Positions 1 through 11,600 of a stretch of 64,000 nt of DNA are shown here, one piece after another (the stretch's first letter is position 1; the number at the start of each line of letters is the position of its first letter). The notes beneath the pieces are model-generated. The model saw only the letters and a program-made list of their open reading frames with translations, did no database searches and was not told where the DNA came from. Position numbers and translations under genes: made by a program. Source of the stretch: Octopus sinensis (lineage: Eukaryota); contig NC_043007.1 in NCBI RefSeq assembly GCF_006345805.1, positions 6,944,001 through 7,008,000 on the forward strand, read 5' to 3'.

Positions 1-207
1 CATCGAAAAGTGATGCAGTACGACTGTTTCAAACGGATCCATTTAATTGAACAATGCAATCATTACATCAATTCAAATGCAGGGCTATCCTCAGCTGCAC
101 AAATAAATAGAATTTTAATCAGTTGGACGCATTAAATAATTTTACTCAAATACTATTACAGAGCAAGAAGATGGAAGAAAGCCATGTTGTTGCTATTATA
201 GCTAAGA
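1..207. repeat. Single arm of the foldback element family found at 37865-38531
   Basis: GCAGTACGACTGTTTCAA...CCATTTAATT...GATGGAAGAAA...CATGTTGT...GCTAAGAATA collinear with 37865-38065. Confidence 0.75.
14..99 (-). ncRNA. Hammerhead-like motif with long stem II insert
   Basis: Minus strand TGCAG-CTGAGGA-[57 nt including hairpin CATTT/AAATG and AATTGA/TCAATT]-GAAAC-AGTC-GTA-CTGCA. The base of stem II does not pair canonically. Confidence 0.35.
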
Positions 208-218
208 ATATAAATATA

Positions 219-410
219 GTGTACCGTTGGCGATTTTCTTTCTCCGTCTCCCCTTCCTCGGACCTTTCCTTTTTCTATGTTTCTGACGAAGAGCTCCGCT
301 CGAAACGTTAAATCCTCCTTCTTTCCTTTCCTGAGCGTCCAATAACACTATACTTGTTCCACGTCCTCGCGTTGTTGTGTTTTCTCTTTGTTCATGTTTG
401 GTTTAACTAT
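219..410 (+). mobile_element. Hammerhead-bearing short repeat, family A (PLE pseudo-LTR-like)
   Basis: About 190-bp module homologous to 45391-45600 and 60389-60597. Ends ...TTTAACTATA in a (TA)n tract. PLE origin is inferred from the hammerhead. Confidence 0.7.
279..313 (+). ncRNA. Minimal type I hammerhead ribozyme motif (family A module)
   Basis: GTTT-CTGACGA-A-GAGC(TCC)GCTC-GAAAC-GTT-AAAT. Full core, one extra A before stem II, loopless palindromic stem III (AACGTT), stem I GTTT/AAAT. Confidence 0.72.
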
Positions 411-1596
411 ATGTATATATATAGTTATACATACATATATGTACATATATATGCATATATATATGTATTAATAATAATATACATATACCCATATTGTGAA
501 TACTACTTTTCTTTTTTGCAGCAACATACCTATATTCCTGCTTGCAAGACATTATAATAATCGGTAGTTCTTAGAACGGTTTCGTTCCAATGTGATTTCC
601 ATTAATATATTCGAAAGTGTCGCTTCAGGATCTATCGAATACCAATTAACAATAAGAACATAGATTGCCAATTAGTAATTTGGAAAATATTAGAAAATTA
701 GGGACAGAAAATATGGAATTAACAGTTAGTATTCACTAGATATTGTTCGTATATACTATAGAGGAAATTCAAATGGCTAGTTTAGTTACACAGCGCGTCT
801 CCCAGATTCTGCCCGAAGTGTCCATTTATGAGTGAGTGCGAAGGGAATGGTTTGATCTGTTCATCAAAGAACTAGAACACTCATTGCCGAAAGTGATATG
901 AAGATCCATCAGAAATACTTGATAAATTGTCTATTTAATTATATCAATTGTCTGCGGTCATTACATACATACATATATGGGTCAGATATAGTATTCGAGA
1001 ATATGCAAGTGGTCGTTTGTGTAAAGATATGTCTGTGAGTGCGCGCGCGCGTGTGTTTAATGTATGTATATTTTGGGAATGTATTGACGTGTGTTTTATA
1101 TTTCATGATTGATCACTTTATACACTAGTGTATATATGGTCCACTGACGCACATTCAAACATACACGGAGGGAATAGAAATAAATGCGTTGTAAACACAA
1201 GAAATATATATCTATCTTTTAGGCAAAGAACTTCCGATCAAGCGTTCACTTAGTCGTGAATACAATTAAGGATTGAGCTGAAGAATATTATGTGTAACTG
1301 GCCGAAGGGAAAATAAATCACACGCTGATCTTTAAACCCAACTTTCCACCGTTACGCTACACACACACACACACACACAAACAAACAAACACACACACAC
1401 AAACAAACACGCATACATGTACAGACAAATACAAGCATACACACACAACCATACATACATATGTAGATAAATAGATAATATTTTATACATATATATATAT
1501 AAACAGAGAGAGAGAGAGAAGAGAGAGAAGAGAGAGAGAGAGAGAGAGATTCCTCAACCTGTGCTGCCAACAATGCTGACAGTACATTAGTTATAT

Positions 1597-1873
1597 TATT
1601 TACATTTGACGGATATTTGTCCTCATCTTGTTTGTTAACACGTTTCGGTTGATATACCCTCCTTTATCAAATGTCCTGGGGGAATTTCGAACTTGAGCTC
1701 TCATTCGTAGGGTATTTTTCCGATGTTGCTATTAATGTTATTGTTCAGGTCACTGCCTGTAATCGAATTCAGAATCTTGGGGTCAGTAGCCCGCGCTGAT
1801 AACCACTACGCCATATACCCACGGGCATATGGCGTAATAGTTAAGAGCAGAAAAATACCTTAGGAATGAGAAC
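1597..1873 (-). mobile_element. tRNA-headed repeat with hammerhead relic and inverted partial second copy
   Basis: Minus strand from 1820: GGGTATATGGCGTAGTGGTTA (A box), anticodon-like arm, TTCGA B-box-like motif, then the hammerhead relic at 1631-1676. Palindrome axis at 1821-1822. Confidence 0.6.
1631..1676 (-). ncRNA. Hammerhead relic lacking the cleavage triplet
   Basis: Minus strand GACAT-TTGATAA-A-GG...CC-GAAAC-GTGTT. Stem I GACAT/GTGTT, no NUH left between GAAAC and stem I. Confidence 0.38.
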
Positions 1874-1938
1874 TGGTTTTGAAAGAAAATACATTTATTT
1901 ATAAGAGAAGGTTGATTTTCCTAATAATATGGGATGTA

Positions 1939-1975
<37 letters not shown>

Positions 1976-2896
1976 CATACACACGTGTAAGGATGCACAA
2001 CGACACACATGCATACACATACTTATACATGTAATCCGAAATATATTTAGTGAGAGCTATGTAGAAATCGAACTATAGCCGTCAGATACATCCCCTATAA
2101 ATAAACTTATCGGCATATGGCGATCGAACAGTAGCTGCCATTTGTTATTCTGTCAACAATACTGCAAGGTAGTCTCTGCTCTCCGAAACTTGCTTCTCGA
2201 CAATTCCAGCTTGTAAGATTTAGTAGTTGGAAATAATTCAATAGAATGGGTCAGACGTCCGATCGGTGGCAGAATGACTAACGTATAATTTTCAAGTTTC
2301 CCCTCGACATCTATTGATATGTTAAGAATATAATTTATATACGAATAGTAAAATATTTTATTGTTGTCAAATATATAGATCACATATTAATGGCTGTATC
2401 GTGGAATAAAACTCGAGAAATTTCTCGTTGAAAAATATGTGAACAAATGTGAGAGCGAGCCGAGCATTGATCTTCTGGTTTCCCTAAGATTATGGAACCA
2501 AGTTTTATAAGTATTTTATTCACTTTGGGATAATTATTCATACACTATGTATAATATATATATGTACACACACATACACGCACATATATACTTGCTTGTA
2601 CAATGTTTTTTGTCTCCTAACATATAAATTAAATTAGATATAAAACCACTATTAGGCAAATTAGACAGTGAAAAACATAAACCAAAACATAAAAATTAAA
2701 ATTATTAATTTATATTTATAAATTTTTATATTTTTATTAATATTTTTAAAATTAAATATATATAACTATCAAAAAGTATTAAAAAGTTTAATATAAGATA
2801 AGAAGTATATATATATATACATATATATGTGTGTGTGTGTGTGTGTGCATGTATGTATATATATATATGCATTATGTATATATATGTGCCTGTATG

Positions 2897-2930
<34 letters not shown>

Positions 2931-4056
2931 ATATATATATCCTGTTAGGAGACTAAGACCATTGTACAAGCAAGTATATATTTATCTAGAGAACTCGTCA
3001 GTGTTATCCTATACAGACACAACTTTTCTCCAGATATAGCAGTAAACTTGCTTACAGGCATTACATTCTCAAAGTCGCGATGCATACAGACACACACACA
3101 TACAACCATACATTCACAGACACATAAACACACGCAGACATATTCATCGACGCATCTTCACTCCTCCGATACGTGTATCTATACAACAAAAGACAGATAT
3201 GGGAAGGCAGTAAGATAATGGTACGACAGAAAGCAGGATTCTGTAAGAGAGTGCTCTTGTCAGCATGATAACATTTATGCACTTTTGTCTTGGTCTTTTC
3301 AGAACACAGGCAGATGAATGCTAATTGTTTACAAGGAAAGTTGTTGTTTAAGCATTCGCGTTTATACACGTGAACATTTGCTAAATGTTACTGCTTAAAT
3401 CTAATGCGAACAATTACGCCAGTTTCTACAGTTAGAACCTCAATTGCAACTAAACAGCCAACAGCAATGATTCTTAGAATATTTCTGCTGAAATCAATCT
3501 GAATACTACAAAAACGGATTGGAGTTATGATGTATTTTCTGGGATGTATTGTTTGTCACTTTTGAACTAAAGTTTAGGCTTTCCTTGTGACACTTGAATA
3601 GGTTGTACTGCCTCTCTTGATAGAATCATATAACGATTATGAATATATATTCCATTAGAAGACAACTTTCTACACCTCGTTCACACAGTTCAACACTCTA
3701 TATATGTGATCAAAAGATACGTTTTGTGAATATAAACACACATTTTTTGTGAATTGAACACACGCAGTCTATTTGAATTTCCCTTTAGTTTTGTACTCGC
3801 ATTTCTTTTTAGCTTATACACATGTCAAAGTTCTGTCTTCACACATTCTGTGACCTCATAAGTCACTCTCGCTCCCATGTGTCTCCTTTCGTTCTGCTAA
3901 TTCCATTTTGCTTTTCTGTGGTTGTATATCTACCTGCGCATCACACATTCGAACTATAACAATATTTGTTTCAACACGCATTTTCACATCCAGAATCTTT
4001 CAAAAAATAAACAAAAAAACAAATACATAAACCTGTATGTACGTGTATATATATAG

Positions 4057-4253
4057 GGAGAGTTTACGAAAAAAAAAACAAAAGACGAAGACAGGTGGTG
4101 TACAAAACAATAAGATGTATTAGTATAACGCTCAGGAATAGAAAAAGTCTTTAACGTTTCGAGCCTACGCTGTTGTACAAAAAGAGACACAGAAAAACAA
4201 GGAGAGAAACAAGGAGAGAAGAAAATGTGTGTAGTGGCTAACGATCTATCATG
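4057..4253 (-). mobile_element. Family B module
   Basis: Reverse complement of 4407-4598 and closely similar to 22549-22710. Confidence 0.65.
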
Positions 4254-4406
4254 ATGTATATATATAATACATGTATATGTATGTATGTGCGCGTGTGTAT
4301 GTATATATAATTTGAAGGAATGGAGAAGGTCAAGTGCAGGCTACATATGTTCCCTAATTCGCAGATCCTCGGAAGTAATAATTACTCAACGACAGGAACC
4401 ATTGGT

Positions 4407-4598
4407 CACGATAAATCGCTGGCCACTAGACATTTTTAATTTTCCCTCTCTGTTTATTCCTGTGTGCCTTTCTATTGAAGAGCGAAAGCTCGAAATGTAA
4501 AAGACTTTCTTACTTCCCGAGCGTTAAACTAATACATCTGTTTGTTGTTTACACACCCATCTTCGTCTTTTCTTTGTTTTTCTGTAAATTCCAACTAT
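4407..4598 (+). mobile_element. Family B module
   Basis: CCCGAGCGTTAAACTAATACA...CTTCGTCTTTT...AACTATATA shared with 26350-26495. Confidence 0.65.
4468..4503 (+). ncRNA. Hammerhead-like motif, family B, non-canonical core
   Basis: CTTT-CTATTGA-A-GAGC(GAAA)GCTC-GAAAT-GTA-AAAG. Confidence 0.38.
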
Positions 4599-4609
4599 AT
4601 ATATACACA

Positions 4610-4656
<47 letters not shown>

Positions 4657-4731
4657 ATATATATAATATAATATATATGAAAAAACAAGTCAAAAATAGA
4701 AAATGCTAAAATAATTTTATAGTGAACATTT

Positions 4732-4768
4732 CAGTACCGGTTTCGGTCATTTGAGACATTTTCAACTG
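4732..4768 (-). ncRNA. Hammerhead motif with U3-A8 core, stem II base mismatched
   Basis: Minus strand CAG-TTGAAAA-TGTC(TCAAAT)GACC-GAAAC-CG-GTA-CTG. Palindrome ACCGGT. Confidence 0.5.
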
Positions 4769-4903
4769 TAACGATTAAATAATTAATTTAGAAAAATAGA
4801 AGAAAAGTTTTTTTAAAAGAATATTTCTATAGTAGTGTTCAGATTTAAGTGGCATTCTGCCTTTCTCTGACCCCTTGTTTGCACTTGTGTGTCGGAGGTC
4901 GTT

Positions 4904-4953
<50 letters not shown>

Positions 4954-5104
4954 TATATATAATTATTGATAAATTTGGGGGATAATTTTCGAAATGAAAA
5001 AGCCGACATATTTATCTACTGCCGACAGGGAGCTGCGCTTCCGCGGCAAATTTGAAAAATTAGAATTTATAAGCCTCGTGTATATATATTTAATCTAAGG
5101 TGTA

Positions 5105-5174
5105 CCTGCTGAAGGAGGTGTCGCCTAGCAAATTTTTTTATTTGCTAAGAAAAGTCTGAAACGATTGGTCCAGG
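5105..5174 (+). ncRNA. Hammerhead motif with extended stem II
   Basis: CCTG-CTGAAGG-AGGT...[TAGCAAAT/ATTTGCTA hairpin]...GTCT-GAAAC-GATTG-GTC-CAGG. Perfect stem I, GUC site, A9 replaced by G. Confidence 0.55.
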
Positions 5175-5306
5175 AGTTAGATGTTAAATGTTTTTATTTT
5201 TATTCCCTTCGATTTTTATCTCTAATTAGTTGTTCGGAATTTAACTGTCCTATTTAGCGTGTAGGTAGTCCTATGATGGCTACCTCTTATGTGTTTAAAT
5301 GTACAC

Positions 5307-5347
<41 letters not shown>

Positions 5348-5741
5348 TACGTGATGTGGTCATTGACGGATTGGTTATTTCTCGTTCCATTTCTCTGCCC
5401 TCTAAATTCAAAGTGTCGATGTGGACTCGTGTTTATATTCTTTTGATTGTGCACAATCCTGTCCGGTACAGGTACTGAAGCCATGTCATTTTAGCCTAAG
5501 CCAATCACTCAGGCAATGTACTGAAAGCAGATACAATGCAACTAAGTACATTAGCAATATCATACAAAATCTCATGCTATTGCTTATATCAGTGAAATAT
5601 CAGCGGTAATGACTGATATTTGAAGAACTTGGAAGAAGAATATTGCATGCTTGCACAAAATTTATGACATCTGATAAAACTAAGTCAAGAGACGCCAAAA
5701 TAACTTGTTAGAAGAGATATATGGAAGCACGTATGTGCATG

Positions 5742-5775
<34 letters not shown>

Positions 5776-5997
5776 TGATGTATGTATGTATGTATGTATG
5801 TATGTATCTACGTATGTCTATAAGTGTATGCATGCATACACGTATGTGTGAAAGAATGCACATATTATGTAATAACTTAAAAAAGAAAGAAAATTGAGTG
5901 TAAACTTATAAATTATGCATATGTATAAACCATTTTTGTATATTTTTATACACATACATACAATATACATACATAAAATATTATTGTATGCATACAA

Positions 5998-6060
<63 letters not shown>

Positions 6061-6063
<3 letters not shown>

Positions 6064-7272
6064 GTGTAGTGTGTGTATTTATGCGTGTATCTATTATATA
6101 TTGTATATAATATATACACACACACAAACATGCATAAATTAATATAAATATATCTTGAAATTCATTCACGCACACGTACTGACATATACATGTGTATGTA
6201 TGTTTGTGAGTGATTTTGTGTGTGTGCGTGTGCGTGTGTGTGTTCGAGAGACAGGAAGTGAGGTTGAAGATAAAACAAGAGACAGAAGATTGGAGAGAAA
6301 ATATGATGATGCTGCCAAAAAATTTATTGATATTTGAGCAATATATATATAGAGAGAGAAAGCTTATCTTTCTCGCACAGTAGACACGACCTGGTTGAGC
6401 GATTTATAACGGAGCAAAACTGAAAATTATTTTATTGTTTACTCTGTTTCTTCTACTTTGTAAGTTAGGGACGCTGGAATAGAAGAGATTAACCAGCAGT
6501 ATCGATTCAGATGTCATGTTTACGTACATAATATTTTAATACTTTCTTTTGTTATTCAGACTAACTGGTTTTAAATACTATATATATGTGTGTGTGTGCG
6601 CGTGTACGTAAAGAGAGAGAGATTGTCGGATAGGTTATATATATATATATATATAATATATATTATATATTATATAATATATAATATATTATATATCTGT
6701 GTATGTGTGTTATTTATGCGTGTATCTATTATATATATGTATATATATATATACACACACACAAACATGCATAAATTAATATAATTATCTTGAAATTCAT
6801 TCACGCACACGTACTGAACAATACCTGTGTATGTATGTTTGTGAGTGATTTTGTGTGTGTGCGTGTGCGTGTGTGTGTTCGAGAGACAGGAAGTGAGGTT
6901 GAAGATAAAACAAGAGACAGAATATTGGAGAGAAAATATGATGATGCTGCCAAAAAATTTATTGATATTTGAGCAATATATATATAGAGAGAGAAAGCTT
7001 ATCTTTCTCGCACAGTAGACACGACCTGGTTGAGCGATTTATAACGGAGCAAAACTGAAAATTATTTTATTGTTTACTCTGTTTCTTCTACTTTGTAAGT
7101 TAGGAACGCTGGAATAGAAGAGATTAACCAGCAGTATCGATTCAGATGTCATGTTTACGTACATAATATTTTAATACTTTCTTTTGTTATTCAGACTAAC
7201 TGGTTTTTAAATACTATATATACGTGTGTGTGTGTGTGTGTGTACGTAAAGAGAGAGAGATTGTCAGATAGG

Positions 7273-7273
<1 letters not shown>
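6061..7273. repeat. Direct duplication of about 575 bp, period about 635 bp
   Basis: 6061-6635 and 6696-7273 are near-identical, and the paired ORFs 6155-6337 and 6790-6972 are offset by 635. Confidence 0.95.
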
Positions 7274-7336
<63 letters not shown>

Positions 7337-7470
7337 GGGGGAAGAGAAATAGATAGATTGATAGATAAATAGAGAGACAGTTAGAGAGAGAGAGCGAGAG
7401 ACATATATCAATGCATACAAGCATACACATTGCTTTCAGATCATAAATATATATATTCTTTTCTGCTGTA

Positions 7471-7672
7471 GCACAAGACCTGAAATTAGGGGTGGGGGAT
7501 CGGTCCAGTCGATTAGGTCGATCCCAGTACGCAACTGGTACTTAACTTATGGACACCGAAAGATGAAAGGCAAAGTCGACCTCAGCGGAATTTGAACTCA
7601 GAACGTAGCGACGGGAGATATATTGCGAAGCATTTCATCCAGCGTGCTAACGCTCCTGCCAGCCCACCGCCG
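7471..7672 (-). mobile_element. SINE family 1
   Basis: Reverse complement of GGCGGTGGGCTGGCAG...GTTCTGAGTTCAAATTCCGCTGAGGTCGACTTTGCCTTTCATC. Confidence 0.85.
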
Positions 7673-7987
7673 TGACAGACATATTTATTGCGACTTGGAA
7701 CTTGATGGACCGAAAATATTTTGCTCTACTTGTTGAAAACCAAACTAAAAGTGCATAACTTTAAGGGTTTTGAGAAAGGTTTGGCTGGAGGACCAAGCTT
7801 CTTTTACAGGGACGACACACTGTCTATGTACGATTAGTATTTGCGAAGGAAAATCACCGTTCCCATCTCTAGTCTTACGTGATACACACGGACCCTGTTA
7901 CTCAGACACCAAAGGTAGAGTAATCTGCTTTTCCGTTGACCAAGACTGAAATAAATTCGTTAACAACTAATAACAACTTGATTACAA

Positions 7988-8024
7988 CCGTCCGACGAAC
8001 GGGAACGTGAAACTCTGCATAACC
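7988..8024 (+). ncRNA. Decayed hammerhead motif, same family as 57695-57740
   Basis: CCGT-CCGACGA-ACG(GGAA)CGT-GAAAC-TCTGC-ATA-ACC. Stems I and III degenerate. Confidence 0.4.
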
Positions 8025-10334
8025 ATTTATTGTAATAATTTTCAAGCTTTAATACACACACACGCGCGCGAATACACACACATATTTATATATATGTATG
8101 TATGTATGTATCTATGTATGTATATGTATATATGTATATATATATGTATATATGTATGTATGCATGTATGTATACATATGTATGCATGTATGTATACATA
8201 TTTCACTCGATCTATATCCATGCAGTCTTTCTATTATCGTTATTTTGAAAGAAAGTTCATTATTTTTATGGCTGTTAATATTCGATATATGCCTTAGATG
8301 TATGTGATACATGTTATTATTTCTTTGAGGCCTTTTTTTTTTCCTTTTTCTGAGTGCTTTCATTTGAAAAGTTTGTGTTGGCTTATCTGTTTAGAATTAT
8401 ATCCGTACGTCTTTCAATTCCTCCGTAAGATGTTGCCCTCAGATCTATTTACGAAACTATACTTAAAGAAACTGTAAAAACGTTGATAGTAAACTGTATA
8501 TTTCTAAATCCCAAGTCGAGTAAACATTGGCACCTTCCAAAATCTTCAAAGCAGGGCGTTACCGTTTTGTACAAACTAGTAAATTAAAATCCTACAGAGA
8601 GCGCGTAACGAGAATAATCGTGAATAATGTATGTAGTTAATTCTGGAAATTACCCGAGATAATTATCAGCTTAGAATTAACTATTCCTAGTGATGTTTCT
8701 TATGTATTTTTTGACCTCCTAACATCGACATAGATTTTATGTAGTTGCGTCTGAGTTTGTGTGTGAGTCTAAATTGTTTTTAAATTTCATTTAGGCTTAG
8801 TGATACTAATAGCCTGGTTGTAGAACCAAGTATCGTTACGCTTGAGTATAAAGCGTCAGTGGAGTCCAGAGCGAAATATGAAATTAAATAAGACAAAGAA
8901 TGCAATGAACTTCCTTAGCTTACAGCTGTTTCGGTTATAAGATGCAGTGCAGTCATGTCCAAATTATTTTCTTTCAAAATAAGCTGGTGGGGGTCGATTG
9001 AATTAATCTCTTTGATTGTCCAATTATCAAATATCCTGGATCTGTTTTGCTCGTCGTTACAAATCCTTACAATCATCTCTCTCAGTGTGCACCATTTGAT
9101 TTTTTTACTGAAAATTTTCAGCTACACAAATATTCTCCTCTTCTAACAGGAATCTCTGTTAACAATATGCACAGTACATGAAAATAGCACAATTCTGAAT
9201 GCATAACTGTGCTATGTCACACATTCTAGCCGTTCATATTATTTTCATTCTTAAATTTCTAATGTATTTCATTTTAATGTTTGCTTTAAGCTTTTATATC
9301 ACATACTTACCCCAAGATTTCACTGAAATATCTGTTTTCTGTGTCGCATGATCACCAAATTCCTGCCAGTAAACTTGTTGCCGTATCATCACATCGATTA
9401 ATGTCCTATGTACCTATGCCTGAAGTGACCGCGTAGAATTCTGAACTAAGAAATGAAGATTCATCCTGAAAATTCAGGAGAAATATTTAAACGAAAACAT
9501 ATTTTTACTGACATTTGAAGAACATGGGAAAGACAATGACATTTACAAACCAGTTACACTTATCCTTCGAATTCAACCTTGATTAAAACTTTATGTTTTT
9601 AGTCCGATAAGAGGATAGGCAACACGTGACCTTTGGTGATTAATCGCACCCAAAGTCCCAACTGGATTTATACTTATGGAAATGTGTGATGAAAATTATT
9701 AAGTAGCTTGAAATATAATTCAGTCTTTTGATACAAATATAAAAAGAGATATATTTGAAAATAGTAATTTCGTAATTAAACTTCTTTTCGAGGCAATAAA
9801 TCTGCGTACTTGCTAAAGAAAATAAACAGCTTCCAAATATGAGCTTCATTTGGGATACTGTTTGCATTGTATTGTGAGGTAAATTCACCCGACCTACGAT
9901 AGTCAAGTCCTTGTGAAAGACACATTAACACAGCGAACTAATTGGTCAGTCTTCTAAATGTATGTTCGCCTGGTAAACCTATCCTCACGAAAAGATACGC
10001 GTAAAGACTCTTGCAAATAGATTTGTTTTCTTATAGCTCTTTATTCAAGCCTCTCTACAATGGATTTTTAGTTGCAGATCAGCTCTAAGCGAGTAGACTT
10101 CTGCTTAAAGTCATTCTTGTTATTATCATGTCATCTTATTTTCAGTATTAAGTGCTTCCCGTAGGTCGTTAGATATTTGCAGAGAATATAAAACAGGAAT
10201 GTCATTTTTCGATTTGTTCTGTCTTCGAGACTCTCTGAATGTGTTACGAACGTCGTTGTGTTTATTTGTGTTAACCTATAAATTGATTTATGCTTGAATA
10301 CTGAATGCTGTTTCGCTATTTCTAATACTGAAAG

Positions 10335-10678
10335 CGGCGAGTTGGCAGAATCGTTAGCACACCGGGTGAAATATTTAGCGGTATTTCGTCTGCCGTTACT
10401 TTCTGAGCTCAAATTCCGCCGCGGTCGACTTTGTCTTTCATCCTTTCAGGGTCGATAAATAAAGTACCAGTTACGTACTGTAGTCGATGTAATCCAGTTA
10501 ATCCCTTTGCCTGTCCTTGTTTGTTCCCTCCGTGTGTAGGCCCTTGTGGGCAATTAAGAAATAAGAAATGTTAGCACGCCGGGCGAAATGCTTAACAGTA
10601 TTTCGCCTCCCTTTACGTTCAAATTCTGCCGAGGTCGATTTTGCCTTTCATCTTTTCGAATTCGATAAATTAAATACC
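10335..10678 (+). mobile_element. SINE family 1, one full copy plus a tandem partial copy
   Basis: GGCGAGTTGGCAGAATCGTTAGCAC...GGTCGACTTTG...GTCGATAAAT repeated from about 10566. Confidence 0.85.
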
Positions 10679-11364
10679 GCAGAAATTATGAGAGAGGTAA
10701 GTTTCTTTTACAAAATATGGATCAGTGTCTAGCTAACATTTATTTTATCGCTTTCCCCTTCCTGCAAAAAGTGGAAGCAAACTTGACAGCGATGGAATTT
10801 GAACTAAGAATATTTACATTTTAGAAAATATGCTGATCGTTACTATAACCATTATGCACATACACCTTATCGCCAACCAGTATTATGGTATTGCAGTCCA
10901 TTGTTTCATTCTCTCTTCTACATAAAAAATATACACACGAACAACGCCAGATTTTTTTGGATTGCATTTAACGTTGTTGTGGGCTGTCGTGGTTCGGCTA
11001 AATTTATACCTAACTGTGACTGTATTTTCACTTCAGTGTCCAATTTACCACCATTGTACAATCTTATACATCACGTAGCTTTCATTCTGTTCAAAATAAA
11101 CTCTTCAACAAAACCGATTCATCACAATTATTTGTGCATCTATTTTTTTCTAATATCTAATGTTTTTATACATACTTACATATGTATAAATATGTATGCA
11201 TGCATATATGTATATATCTATGTATGTATGTACGTGAATTTCTTTAATATCCGATATCTTCTTCGCAAGATTCTAAAACACTAAAATATGTCTCCCACTT
11301 ACGTACAGTTTCCGTACCCCATTCTCTGTATGGTTCACATTTAAAAAAAATATATCCGCTGCAT

Positions 11365-11369
11365 ATATA

Positions 11370-11443
<74 letters not shown>

Positions 11444-11449
11444 ATATAC

Positions 11450-11491
<42 letters not shown>

Positions 11492-11600
11492 ATATATATA
11501 TATATATATATGTTTGTATATATATATATATATATTATATATATATATATATTATGTGTGTGTGTGTGTGTATGTATGTATATATGTGTGTGTGTATGTG
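11365..11600. repeat. (TA)n tract grading into (TG)n
   Basis: Direct reading. One of dozens of similar tracts in the window. Confidence 0.95.

Noticed and set aside
570-632. CTGAAGC...GAAACCGTT on the minus strand
   Set aside because: No stem I or stem II pairing.
7879-9470. Possible terminal exons DESSFLSSEFYAVTSGI and VLVNGKADYSTFGV*
   Set aside because: In frame with each other but short, with a weak donor, and with no homology support.
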